60,657 nucleotides of DNA, taken from positions 1 to 60,657 of the forward strand of contig CAVKJM010000002.1 in NCBI GenBank assembly GCA_963656505.1, written 5' to 3'. Below, in pieces: positions 42,071-51,370 of the stretch. This stretch comes from a bacterium. Lineage in GTDB: Bacteria > Pseudomonadota > Gammaproteobacteria > Burkholderiales > Burkholderiaceae_F. The position numbers were made by a program, and so were the translations under genes. The number at the start of each line of letters is the position of its first letter. The first letter of the stretch is position 1. Below the pieces are notes generated by a model. It did not search any database. It was not told the DNA's origin and saw only the letters and a list, made by a program, of their open reading frames with translations.

Positions 42071-43540
42071 CTATTTAGTTTCCTTTTTCGTCTCTTCTTT
42101 CTTTACCTCTTTGGTTTCTTTCTTAGCCTCTTTAGTTTCCTTTGCCTTCTTCGCTGCCGCTAATTCTTTCTTTTTCTTTTGCACGTCAGCGTGTGTGGTA
42201 ACGGGCTTACCAAGAATATGGTTTACGGCTTGCTTAAGCGGGAAGTCTTTCTCGTCGCCAAAGACATAGCGAAGCTTTGGCATTGTTGCATCAGACTCTT
42301 CTTCCTCGGGCTCTTTTTCTACCTTTTTCTTTCCGCTCTTTTCGGCTTCGATGTGGCCAGAAAGATCTGCTTCACGAATGGCAAACGAAGGGTAGTTTCC
42401 TTCAGGCGTATCATCAACCGCAATATCTGGGACGATGCCTGTGGCTTGAATCGAACGGCCGCTTGGCGTGTAGTAACGCGCCGTTGTCATTTTCACGCCC
42501 AGTGTTTCGCCGCCCTTAACACGTAACGGGATAATCGTCTGCACGCTTCCCTTACCAAAACTGCGCGTTCCCATAATCGTGGCGCGTTTATGGTCTTGTA
42601 AGGCGCCAGAGACAATTTCTGAAGCAGAGGCTGACGCAGAATTCACTAACACGACTAACGGAATCGTTTTCGCTTGCGCAGGAATTCCTTTTAACTCGTC
42701 GCCTTCTTTTCCAACAACGTAATCTTTGTAGGTGGCATTAAAGGTTCGTTCAGAAGACTTGATGCGACCTTTTGTGGAAACAACAGGAAGCCCTTCTTTT
42801 ACAAACGCAGCAGAAACACCGATTGCGGCATTGAGTAGCCCGCCAGGGTTATTGCGTAAATCCAAAACAATGCCCTTGAGTTCTTTGTCTTTAAAAAGCG
42901 TTGTAAGAGCCTTAGCAACGTCGCCTGTCGTTTTCCCTTGGAATTGCGAAATACGAATGTAGCCGACGTGATCGTTAAGAGCTTTCGACTTAACAGAGTG
43001 AATCTTGATAATCGCTCGAACAAGAGGAATAACTACGGGTTGCGCAACGCCTTTACGGGCAATGGTTAAGGTAACCGAGGTCCCGGGTTTTCCGCGCATC
43101 ATTTTGACGTTTTCATCAAGACTTTGGTCGGCACTGACCTTTCCATCGATTTTGATGATGATGTCGCCTGCTAAAACACCAGCTCGCGCCGCAGGAGTGT
43201 CGTCAATCGGGCTTACAACACGCACCCCTTGGGGATCTTTGGTGATTTCAATTCCTAAGCCACCGAATTCACCTGTGGTAGTTTCTTGAAGGTCCTTGTA
43301 GCCTTTTTCATCCAAAAATGTGGAGTGGGGGTCAAGTCCTGAGACCATGCCCTTAATCGCATTTTCAATGAGCTTTTTATCGCTAACTTCATCGACGTAG
43401 TAGTTCTTAATGCCGCCAAAAATCTCAGCAAAAAGCCGCACATCGTCAATCGGTAGTGGTGCCTCTTTTTCTGCGGCAAAACTTAGCGTTGTCGCAAAAC
43501 AGATGGGGAGCAGTAAAAGAGGGCGCAAGACGCGTTTCAT
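42071..43540 (-). CDS. ctpA: Carboxyl-terminal processing protease (S41, CtpA)
   Basis: Signal peptide, 'LDPHS', PDZ 'GGLGI', 'DLRNNPGG', 'SASASEI', 'FGKGSVQ'. Confidence 0.93.
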   Translation of the reverse strand: MKRVLRPLLLLPICFATTLSFAAEKEAPLPIDDVRLFAEIFGGIKNYYVDEVSDKKLIENAIKGMVSGLDPHSTFLDEKGYKDLQETTTGEFGGLGIEITKDPQGVRVVSPIDDTPAARAGVLAGDIIIKIDGKVSADQSLDENVKMMRGKPGTSVTLTIARKGVAQPVVIPLVRAIIKIHSVKSKALNDHVGYIRISQFQGKTTGDVAKALTTLFKDKELKGIVLDLRNNPGGLLNAAIGVSAAFVKEGLPVVSTKGRIKSSERTFNATYKDYVVGKEGDELKGIPAQAKTIPLVVLVNSASASASEIVSGALQDHKRATIMGTRSFGKGSVQTIIPLRVKGGETLGVKMTTARYYTPSGRSIQATGIVPDIAVDDTPEGNYPSFAIREADLSGHIEAEKSGKKKVEKEPEEEESDATMPKLRYVFGDEKDFPLKQAVNHILGKPVTTHADVQKKKKELAAAKKAKETKEAKKETKEVKKEETKKETK

Positions 43541-43563
43541 AAATTTCCTAACACTAAAAGCGA

Positions 43564-45066
43564 TTAATGGACAAGCCACTTCGCAGGATCAAAGGGCTTA
43601 CCTTTATAGCGAAGTTCAAAGTATAAGCCCGGGCGCTCTTCGCCCCCGGAATTACCGACGCTCGCAATGGTTTCTCCTTGAGCAACGGTATCTCCCACAG
43701 ACTTAAAGAGCGATTCGTTATTGGCGTACACGGATAAGTAATTGGAGCCGTGATCGAGAATCAAGAGGTTGCCAAAGCCACGCATCCAATCGCTAAAGAC
43801 AACAGTTCCAGGCGCTGTCGCATGAACGCTTTCTCCGGCGTTTGCGCGAATCAAAAGACCACGCCAAGGTAAGGAGGAGGCCGCTCCCTCTCTTCTTTGG
43901 CCGTAGGTTGCAGCAATCGTTCCTTTCACAGGAACGGTTAAGCGTCCTTTAAGAGCTCCGAAATTGCCTTGTACGGGAGCAATTGCTAAGCGAGACGTAT
44001 CGACTTTGGGCGCTGTTTTTTGAGGCGTGCGTTTCGCAGTTGTTGCTGTACGGCTTTTTTCAGCAGCTAGGCGCCGTCTTTCAGCCTCTAAGCGCTCTTG
44101 CTTTTCTGTTTCTTCGATTTGTCTGTCGATTTTGGCAATTAAGCTTGAGAGCTCTCTGTCGTTTTTCACGAGTTGCTCGTAGCGCTCTTGTTGCGTTTTG
44201 ATTTCGCCACGCAAGCGATTTAACGCGACGCTTCGTGTGCTCTTTTCTTTTTCGAGCGCTACGCGGTTTTTCTGTTCTTCGGATTCAATGCGTACGAGTT
44301 CGGTACGTGTTTCTTCGGTTTTACGCGCCACAGCCTCAATATTTTTTTGGCGATTCTCTAGACGATTAATCGTGCGCGTCTGCTCTTGCGCAAGATACCC
44401 AAGAACCGCAGAACGACGAGAAACTTCATTGGGGTTTCCGCCTTCGATTGCCGTTTGCCAGGGGTGGCGCATCGAATTTAAAAATTGCGCTTGCGCAATC
44501 GATGTGACGACGTCTTCGGCTTCACCGACTTGAAGGCCGACAATCTTTGCTTCCGTTTTAAGGTCTGCTAAACGGGCTGTGGCCGCAGCCTTCTTTTCAG
44601 CAAGTTCCTTTAGTGAGCGATTACTTTTTGAAATCGCCTTTTCACTTTCTTTAAGTTCTTCTTCTGCAGATTTTGCTCTCGATTGCTTACGGGCGATGTC
44701 TTCTTTAATAGAACTTAGCGTGTTCTTGATGTCTTTTTTCTGGCTTTCAAGATTGGCTTTTTCTTTTGTCGCTGCGGCTTTCTGTACTTTAGGCGTAGGT
44801 TTTGCCACAGTCTTTTTTGTAACGGGTTTTGCTGCCGTTTTCTTAACGACCTTTTTTGGTGTTACTTTTTTCGCTGTAGTCTTGGTGACTTTGCTTGGAG
44901 TCGCTTTTTGTTTGGCTGCTATGCGCCTTTTGGCTTGAGCAAGGGCAGCCGCCTTTTTTTGTTCAACAGTTTGGGTGGCCGCTTGAACATCAGAGACACT
45001 TAAAGCCTCAAATCCTAAAAGGCTGAGGCTTAAGCTAAGTACAAATAGAAAGCGCCGGATCCGCAT
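43564..45066 (-). CDS. envC: Murein hydrolase activator EnvC (degenerate M23)
   Basis: Signal peptide, long coiled coil, M23 domain lacking the Zn histidines ('WRGLLI', 'YANN'); lies between gpmA and ctpA. Confidence 0.88.
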   Translation of the reverse strand: MRIRRFLFVLSLSLSLLGFEALSVSDVQAATQTVEQKKAAALAQAKRRIAAKQKATPSKVTKTTAKKVTPKKVVKKTAAKPVTKKTVAKPTPKVQKAAATKEKANLESQKKDIKNTLSSIKEDIARKQSRAKSAEEELKESEKAISKSNRSLKELAEKKAAATARLADLKTEAKIVGLQVGEAEDVVTSIAQAQFLNSMRHPWQTAIEGGNPNEVSRRSAVLGYLAQEQTRTINRLENRQKNIEAVARKTEETRTELVRIESEEQKNRVALEKEKSTRSVALNRLRGEIKTQQERYEQLVKNDRELSSLIAKIDRQIEETEKQERLEAERRRLAAEKSRTATTAKRTPQKTAPKVDTSRLAIAPVQGNFGALKGRLTVPVKGTIAATYGQRREGAASSLPWRGLLIRANAGESVHATAPGTVVFSDWMRGFGNLLILDHGSNYLSVYANNESLFKSVGDTVAQGETIASVGNSGGEERPGLYFELRYKGKPFDPAKWLVH

Positions 45067-45116
45067 TAGTGCCGCATCCGTAAAGACTTCGGGAAACGGA
45101 TCCGGGGCATCACGAT

Positions 45117-45866
45117 TTACTTCTTGGATTTACCTTGGGCGGCAACAGCGGCCATAGCGGCAGCGATTTCGTCGGCATTGCCCAAGTAGTAGTGACGCAC
45201 GGGCTTCATATCGTCGTCAAACTCGTAGACAAGGGGCCGCCCTGTCGGGATGTTGAGTTTGACGATTTCTTCGTCGCTCATATTGTCCAAATACTTCACG
45301 AGAGCGCGAAGGGAATTGCCGTGAGCGGCGATGATGACGCGCTTACCGGCAGCAACCTGCGGCTTAATGGTTTCTTCCCAGTAAGGAACAACACGGGCAA
45401 CCGTATCTTTTAAGCATTCTGTTAAGGGAAGTTCGCTTTCTTTCAAATCAGCGTAGCGCGGATCGTGACCCGGATAGCGGGGATCGTCTTTTGTAAGAGG
45501 ATTGGGGGGTGTGTCGTAGGAACGACGCCAAATAAGAACCTGGGCTTCACCGAACTTTTCGGCAGTTTCCGATTTGTTAAGGCCCTGCAACGCTCCATAG
45601 TGGCGTTCATTTAAGCGCCAGTTGCGTGTGACAGGAATCCACATCTGATCTAAGCCATCCAAAACAATCCAAAGCGTACGAATAGCGCGCTTTAAGACGC
45701 TTGTGAAGGCCATATCAAAGCTATAACCCTCGGCCTTTAAGAGTTCGGCCGCCTTCTTAGCCTCAGCGCGGCCCTTTTCTGTCAAATCGACATCGGTCCA
45801 GCCCGTGAAGCGGTTTTCCAAATTCCACTGGCTTTCGCCGTGGCGCATGAGTACGAGTTTATGCAT
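45117..45866 (-). CDS. gpmA: 2,3-BPG-dependent phosphoglycerate mutase
   Basis: 'RHGES.WN..NRFTGW', 'ERHYGALQG', 'AHGNSLR'. Confidence 0.98.
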   Translation of the reverse strand: MHKLVLMRHGESQWNLENRFTGWTDVDLTEKGRAEAKKAAELLKAEGYSFDMAFTSVLKRAIRTLWIVLDGLDQMWIPVTRNWRLNERHYGALQGLNKSETAEKFGEAQVLIWRRSYDTPPNPLTKDDPRYPGHDPRYADLKESELPLTECLKDTVARVVPYWEETIKPQVAAGKRVIIAAHGNSLRALVKYLDNMSDEEIVKLNIPTGRPLVYEFDDDMKPVRHYYLGNADEIAAAMAAVAAQGKSKK

Positions 45867-45972
45867 TTTTTCCTCTCCAAAAGAAAGATGTTTTTATAGT
45901 TGCGCATTCTATAATGTTGCGCTTGAACCCATCAATTGGGCAAAGATTCATTTTTTCATCGGAAAAAAGATC

Positions 45973-46380
45973 GTGAATACCTTTCTTACTAACAATATCT
46001 TACTGATTGCCATTATTTTTGTTTGTGTTTTCTCGTTGGCTTGGCCCTCAATTCAGCGGCGTCGCAACGGAGCGTCCGAACTTGAAAGCACAGCAGCTAT
46101 CGATCTTATTAACCACAAGAACGCTCAGATTGTTGACCTTCGCTCGACCGAGGATTTTAAGCGTGCGCATATTGCCAATGCGATTAATATCCCTGTCGAG
46201 GGCTTTCACACACACTTTGTGAAGCTATCGAGAGAGCGTCCGATTTTGCTTGTGGATGCTGATGGCAAGAAGACCTATTTATCCGCGCAGTTCTTGCGTA
46301 ACGCAGGCTACAAAGGCGTTTATGTGTTGCAAGGGGGCCTTGTTGCTTGGAGAACGAATGGCGTTCCCTTTAAGCGTTAA
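45973..46380 (+). CDS. Rhodanese-like membrane protein (YibN-like)
   Basis: N-terminal TM, 'VDLR...F..HI.NA.NIP', 'LQGG..AW'; GTG start; located between gpmA and secB. Confidence 0.85.
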   Translation: MNTFLTNNILLIAIIFVCVFSLAWPSIQRRRNGASELESTAAIDLINHKNAQIVDLRSTEDFKRAHIANAINIPVEGFHTHFVKLSRERPILLVDADGKKTYLSAQFLRNAGYKGVYVLQGGLVAWRTNGVPFKR

Positions 46381-46427
46381 TAAAGAATTACAAAAAAGTT
46401 AAAGAAACGAATTTTTAAGGATTAAAA

Positions 46428-46949
46428 ATGGCTGAAGAAACCAACACAGAAGAAAAAACACCAGAACAGAAAGCCGATGAGGCATTGCAGCCGAGTTTTC
46501 AGCTCGTTCGCTCATTCTTTAAGGATGCCTCTTTGGAGATGCCGCATGCGCCAGATATCTTTTTAGAAGAGCACGAAGAGCAACCCGCTTGTGACTTTAA
46601 GTTTGGTGTTGCCGCCCGCCCATTAAACGTCAAGGACCTCTTTGAAGTGGTTTTGCGTGCCACAATTACCGTGGGCTTTAAAGAAAAGACGATGTTTCTT
46701 GTTGAAGGAACGCAGTCTGGCGTTTTCGAATTCAAAAACATCCCTGAAGAAGCGATGGCGCATGTGACAAACGTTGTTTGCCCAGCGCTCTTGTTACCAT
46801 ACTTACGCGCGAATATGGCCGACTTAATTAACCGCACAGGACTTCCGACAGTCAATCTCCCTGAGGTGAATTTTGAAGCGCTTTTGCAGCAACGCATCGC
46901 TGAGATGAAAGCGGCAAAAGAAAAAGAAGCTCCCGCAGCTCAAGCTTAA
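46428..46949 (+). CDS. secB: Protein-export chaperone SecB
   Basis: 'KD.SLE.P.AP.IF', 'FEVVL', 'Q.G.F', 'CP..L.PY.R', 'L..VNFEAL'. Confidence 0.95.
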   Translation: MAEETNTEEKTPEQKADEALQPSFQLVRSFFKDASLEMPHAPDIFLEEHEEQPACDFKFGVAARPLNVKDLFEVVLRATITVGFKEKTMFLVEGTQSGVFEFKNIPEEAMAHVTNVVCPALLLPYLRANMADLINRTGLPTVNLPEVNFEALLQQRIAEMKAAKEKEAPAAQA

Positions 46950-46983
46950 ATCGAAGGTTTAAATGACGACAAAGGAGAAACAC

Positions 46984-47637
46984 ATGGATCAGAAAATCCG
47001 CATCGCACTTGTTGACGACCATGCGTTATTTCGTAGTGGATTAAAGGCGCTCCTGAGTCGTCAAAGCGATTTCGAAATCATCGGTGAAGCAGCCGACGGT
47101 TTAGAGGGCGTAAAACTTGTCGAGCAACTTAAGCCCGATTTGGTGCTCCTTGATTTGGATATGCCCGTGATGAACGGGCGCGAAGCACTCGCGCAAATCA
47201 TGGAAATTAATCCCGATGTTGCGGTTTTGATGCTCACTGTAAGCGAAGACGGTGAAGACCTCACAGAGTGCATGAGGCTTGGTGCTCGTGGCTACTTATT
47301 AAAGAAAATCGATACCGACTTCTTATTGCAAAGTATTCGCAGGGCTGTTGCCTCAGATAACGTTATTTCGCCAGAAATGACTCGCACACTCTTAATGAAG
47401 TTAAGAGGGGATAAAACGCCGAATCCGACGCCAGAGATCGAATCTTTGACGCCTCGCGAACGTGAGACTCTTGCTTGGTTAACGCGTGGCGTTTCCAATA
47501 AAGAAATCGCTCGAGAGCTCGACTTGGCAGAATCCACTGTCAAAGTTCACGTGCAAAGCGTCTTACGGAAGTTAAATATCAAGAGCCGCGTTCAGGCCGC
47601 TGTCTTTGCCGTTGAACACCACTTAGATAAGATCTAA
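46984..47637 (+). CDS. NarL/NarP-family response regulator (REC plus LuxR HTH)
   Basis: 'VDDH', 'LLDLDMP', 'LTVSE', 'GYLLK', 'LTPRE', 'SNKEIAR.L...ESTVKVHV'. Confidence 0.92.
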   Translation: MDQKIRIALVDDHALFRSGLKALLSRQSDFEIIGEAADGLEGVKLVEQLKPDLVLLDLDMPVMNGREALAQIMEINPDVAVLMLTVSEDGEDLTECMRLGARGYLLKKIDTDFLLQSIRRAVASDNVISPEMTRTLLMKLRGDKTPNPTPEIESLTPRERETLAWLTRGVSNKEIARELDLAESTVKVHVQSVLRKLNIKSRVQAAVFAVEHHLDKI

Positions 47638-47655
47638 AGAAGAATTTCAAAGCAC

Positions 47656-47686
47656 AAAAAAAGAGGAGCGCGCGGCTCCTCTTTTT
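47656..47686. terminator. Bidirectional intrinsic terminator
   Basis: A7-GAGGAGC-loop-GCTCCTC-T5 between convergent genes. Confidence 0.9.
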
Positions 47687-47705
47687 GTATCCGTAAGTTC
47701 TTGAC

Positions 47706-48938
47706 TTACGCGGCTTCATGTCCACCTAAATCATGGTCGACCATCGCGGCAACGCACGAATCTGACCACACGTTAAGTGTCGTCTCAATCATGTCGATAA
47801 CCGCATAGAAAGGAAGAATCACACCCATAAGTCCAATGGGAACATTCATGCTTGCTAGTAAACTCGCCGATAAGAAGAAACACCCCATCGGAACACCCGC
47901 GTTACCCACAGCGGCCAAGGTTGAAATCAAAATCCAAGCAATGACAGTTGTGAATGTGATTTCGAGCCCTGCGTTTTGCATTAAATAAATCACGGTGACA
48001 AGAATGAACGCAGCGCACCCGTTCATATTGATTGTCGTGCAAATCGGAAGCACAAAGCGGGCAACCTTGGGTTGAACCTTCAAGTTGTTTTCAGCGCTTT
48101 GGAGCGTGACAGGCAAGGTGGCTGCCGATGATTTTGAGAAGAAGGCAAGCGTTAATGCCGGAAGCATTGCTTTTGCAACCTTAATTGGATTAAGCCCCCT
48201 CATTAAAAGTAGAAGCGGCAAGATAAGAAGCATCTGCACGAAGTTGGCTGTCAAAATCGTCGCAAAGTAAGAACCTAAACCACCGATATTAAGTCCCGCG
48301 TTAATCTCCACCATCAATTGCGAGACAAAGCCAAAGATGCCTAACGGTAAGGCAAGGATAATCCAGGAAATGAGTTTAAAGAGAGCTGCCTGCAGACCAT
48401 CGAAAAAGTTAAGAACGACTTCTTTACCGGCAAGCGTCTCAGGGAGATTGGCAAGGGCCAAACCAAAGGCAGCCGCAACAAGTAAAACGGCTAAAACGTT
48501 ACCCGAAAGAAAAGGTGCGACAACGTTATTGGGAATCGCAGAAAGCAAATACTCCATATACGAGTGCTGCACGACGCCTTCAGGGGCAACACCGGCAACT
48601 GCGACATTAGCAGGCGCATAAATGTAAAAAAGCGCCGCTGCGATTGCTGCAGCAAGAATTGTTGTCAAAAGCGTATAAAAAATCGTATGACGGAAAATGT
48701 TTGCGGAGTCTTTGGCGCGTGTTGTGCGACCGAGAGTGGCGATAATCGAAATCGCAATCACGGGGATGGCGATAAATTTAAAGAGACGCACAAAGATGTT
48801 GGCAATTAAGTCGGCACCAGCGATTGTGACGCCCATTCCCCAAAAGCCGTTTACTACACCAAGCACGATGGCAATGATGTAAAGAAGGGCCATTTTCTTT
48901 TGGCTTGCAGAAAAGCCAGGAACAGTAGACGAAGCCAT
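47706..48938 (-). CDS. Dicarboxylate/amino acid:cation symporter (DAACS)
   Basis: 'AFFSKSSAATLP', 'TINMNG', 'GNAGVP', 'DM.ET.LNVWSD'. Confidence 0.92.
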   Translation of the reverse strand: MASSTVPGFSASQKKMALLYIIAIVLGVVNGFWGMGVTIAGADLIANIFVRLFKFIAIPVIAISIIATLGRTTRAKDSANIFRHTIFYTLLTTILAAAIAAALFYIYAPANVAVAGVAPEGVVQHSYMEYLLSAIPNNVVAPFLSGNVLAVLLVAAAFGLALANLPETLAGKEVVLNFFDGLQAALFKLISWIILALPLGIFGFVSQLMVEINAGLNIGGLGSYFATILTANFVQMLLILPLLLLMRGLNPIKVAKAMLPALTLAFFSKSSAATLPVTLQSAENNLKVQPKVARFVLPICTTINMNGCAAFILVTVIYLMQNAGLEITFTTVIAWILISTLAAVGNAGVPMGCFFLSASLLASMNVPIGLMGVILPFYAVIDMIETTLNVWSDSCVAAMVDHDLGGHEAA

Positions 48939-49015
48939 ATTGCATTCCTTTCAGTATTAAGGCCTGTGATTTTATGCGAGAATTCCACTCCATTTTTTAG
49001 GGGATTTATTCGTCA

Positions 49016-49735
49016 ATGCTTGGAGCTGGAACACTAATCAATATGGCTGCCATCGTCGCCGGTGGCACCGCAGGTCTACTTTTTGGAAAACGCTTTTCCG
49101 AGAAAACGCAAGATGCGTTAATGGTCGCCTGTGGCATTTGCGTCTTATTTATTGGAGTGGCGGGTGCGTTATCAGAAATGCTCACTTTTAGTGACGGGCA
49201 CTTTGGTACGCAAGGGACGCTTTGCTTAATCGTGTGTTTCGTTTTGGGTACAGCCGTAGGTGAATTTCTTGATATCGAAACGTGGTTTGAAAACTTCGGA
49301 CTTTGGCTTAAAAAGAAAAGCGGCAATGAAAAAGACGTGGGCTTTTTAAATGCCTTTGTCACATCCTCTCTTGTTGTTTGCATTGGTGCAATGGCAGTTG
49401 TGGGCGCTATTGAAGACGGATTGCAGGGCGACATTGCGATGCTCGAAGCAAAAGCCCTCTTGGATGCCATCATCATTCTTGCCATGAGCGCCTCGATGGG
49501 GCGGGGTTGTATTTTCTCAGCAATCCCTGTGGGTCTATTTCAGGGAAGCATCACACTTTTAGCGTTTTGGCTTAAGCCTTTGATGACGCCTGCGGCACTA
49601 TCGAATATCTCTTTAGTGGGCTCTGTGATGATCTTTTGCGTCGGTGTGAATCTTGTTTTTGGAAAACGCGTGCGCGTTGCCAATACCCTTCCAGCACTCA
49701 TTTTGGCTGTCATTTGGGCCCTATTGGGTTTGTAA
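49016..49735 (+). CDS. DUF554 family membrane protein
   Basis: 'GT.IN..AI', 'F...SL..C.GAMA.VG.I.DG..GD...L..K..LD'. Confidence 0.88.
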   Translation: MLGAGTLINMAAIVAGGTAGLLFGKRFSEKTQDALMVACGICVLFIGVAGALSEMLTFSDGHFGTQGTLCLIVCFVLGTAVGEFLDIETWFENFGLWLKKKSGNEKDVGFLNAFVTSSLVVCIGAMAVVGAIEDGLQGDIAMLEAKALLDAIIILAMSASMGRGCIFSAIPVGLFQGSITLLAFWLKPLMTPAALSNISLVGSVMIFCVGVNLVFGKRVRVANTLPALILAVIWALLGL

Positions 49736-49885
49736 GCGATACTTAAGCATTGAAGAGTCTTACATTTTTACGAAAAAACTCTCTTAGTTTAGGGATTATT
49801 TGCTAGCATAACGCTACGGTTTGCGAAAGAAAAAACGCAGGCCAAAAAACATGGGAAAGAAGTGATATTTGGATTGGAGGATAAA

Positions 49886-50227
49886 GTGGACGATTGCCTA
49901 TTTTGTAAGATTATTCGCGGCGAAATCCCAAGCAAAAAGATCTATGAAGATGAGGATGCTTTTGCATTCCACGACATTAATCCGGCCGCTCCCATTCATT
50001 TTCTGATTATTCCGAAAAAGCACATTGCCTCCTTGGCCGACATTGGGCCCGAAGATGAGGCGCTTCTCGGGAAACTTATGACTCTGGTGCCGAAACTTGC
50101 GAAAGAAAACGGTTGCGAAGACGGCTTCAGAACAATCATCAATACTGGCAAAAACGGCGGACAAGCCGTAGGACACCTTCACATCCACGTCTTGGGCGGC
50201 CCCCATCCGTGGAGAAAAGTGGCCTAG
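49886..50227 (+). CDS. hinT: Histidine triad nucleotide-binding protein
   Basis: 'DCLFCKI', 'HLHIHVLGG'; GTG start after SD GGAGG. Confidence 0.92.
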   Translation: MDDCLFCKIIRGEIPSKKIYEDEDAFAFHDINPAAPIHFLIIPKKHIASLADIGPEDEALLGKLMTLVPKLAKENGCEDGFRTIINTGKNGGQAVGHLHIHVLGGPHPWRKVA

Positions 50228-50240
50228 AAAAAAGGAGTAA

Positions 50241-50759
50241 ATGATGGGATCTATGTCAATTTGGCATTGGCTAATCGTTCTTCTTGTGATTGCTCTCATT
50301 TTTGGGACAAGCAAGTTAAAGAACGCAGGCAAAGATTTAGGTAGCGCTATTAAGGGATTTAAAGAAGGCATCAAGGACGGCGCAAAAGAAGACGAACCGC
50401 CCGTTGAGGAAAAAAAAGAAGTCATCGTAGCCAAGAAGGTTGAAGAGCCTGTCGCTACGCCTGTGGCTCCCGCTCCTGTCGCACCGGCTCCGGTCCCTGC
50501 CGTTGAAGCCAAAGCGCCTGAAGCCGTTGCTGTGGAACTTCCAGTTAAAGAAGTCGCTCCGAAGAAAAAAGCCGTTCGCAAGGCAGCCGCGAAAAAGGCT
50601 CCCGCTAAGAAAGCGGCGGCAAAGCCTGCCACAAAGAAAGTAGCGGCTAAGAAGCCTGCGGCAAAGAAAGCAACGGCTAAGACTGCTGAAAAGAAGCCCG
50701 CGAAGAAAGCGGCAGCGAAGAAACCAGCGGCTAAGAAAGCTGCGAAAACTGAGAAGTAA
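50241..50759 (+). CDS. tatA: Twin-arginine translocase TatA with long Pro-rich and Lys/Ala-rich extension
   Basis: '[18 protein letters not shown]...G.DLG.AIKGFK'; first gene of tatABC. Confidence 0.95.
   Translation: MMGSMSIWHWLIVLLVIALIFGTSKLKNAGKDLGSAIKGFKEGIKDGAKEDEPPVEEKKEVIVAKKVEEPVATPVAPAPVAPAPVPAVEAKAPEAVAVELPVKEVAPKKKAVRKAAAKKAPAKKAAAKPATKKVAAKKPAAKKATAKTAEKKPAKKAAAKKPAAKKAAKTEK
50562..50756 (+). repeat. Imperfect coding repeats ([10 protein letters not shown]) in the TatA tail
   Basis: 65 codons made almost entirely of K, A, P, T and V. Confidence 0.9.
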
Positions 50760-50769
50760 ATAGATTTAA

Positions 50770-50791
50770 GCGCCTTGAAGTTTTAAGGCGC
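50770..50791 (+). terminator. Stem-loop between tatA and tatB
   Basis: GCGCCTT...AAGGCGC with a T-rich stretch downstream. Confidence 0.6.
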
Positions 50792-50809
50792 AGGTCTTTT
50801 TCTTAAACG

Positions 50810-51370
50810 ATGTTCGATTTCGGGTTTTCTGAATTAATTGTTATCGGCATTGTGGCGCTCGTGGTCCTCGGTCCCGAGCGCCTTCCTGTCGTTGCGCGCG
50901 TGGCAGGGAAATATTTTTCCAAAGCCAGGCGCCTCATTAATCAAGTCAAAGAAGATATCGAACTTGAAAGTGAACTCGCTGAAATTAAATCGATTGAAAG
51001 CGAGGCTCGCAATATCGCCCAAGAAGTCTCTGAAAGCGTTCGCAGTGAGGTCGACTCCATTAAAGGAGAGGTTGACTCGATTCGAGGCGACGTCGAAAGC
51101 CTCGGAGCAAGCTTTAAAGGCGAAGGAGCGGGACTACCTTGGACAGAAACGCCGAAAAAAGAAGAAAAACCTCTCGATGACTTTAATACGGTGCGCACCG
51201 TAACGGTGGGCGCTACGCGAGAAAAAGACAATCCTGAGCTTGAAGATATCGCAGAAGAAGTTGAAAAACTAAAGCGTCGCTTGGGGGATACCAGCCCAGC
51301 GCTAACCGAACGGCGTCGTAAAAGTTACGCACCACGCTCACGCAGCAATCGCGTGAGAATTTACAGATGA
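50810..51370 (+). CDS. tatB: Twin-arginine translocase TatB
   Basis: 'MFDFGFSEL..IGIVALVVLGPERLP..AR..G'. Confidence 0.96.
   Translation: MFDFGFSELIVIGIVALVVLGPERLPVVARVAGKYFSKARRLINQVKEDIELESELAEIKSIESEARNIAQEVSESVRSEVDSIKGEVDSIRGDVESLGASFKGEGAGLPWTETPKKEEKPLDDFNTVRTVTVGATREKDNPELEDIAEEVEKLKRRLGDTSPALTERRRKSYAPRSRSNRVRIYR

Noticed and set aside
43564..43900. M23 domain lacking catalytic histidines as a pseudogene sign
   Set aside because: Expected for EnvC, which is a non-catalytic amidase activator
49898..50632. 244-aa antisense ORF
   Set aside because: Shadow of hinT/tatA; its low-complexity sequence mirrors the TatA repeats
50562..50756. Repeats as a CRISPR or other non-coding array
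   Set aside because: In-frame, degenerate at synonymous positions and without spacers; a coding low-complexity tract
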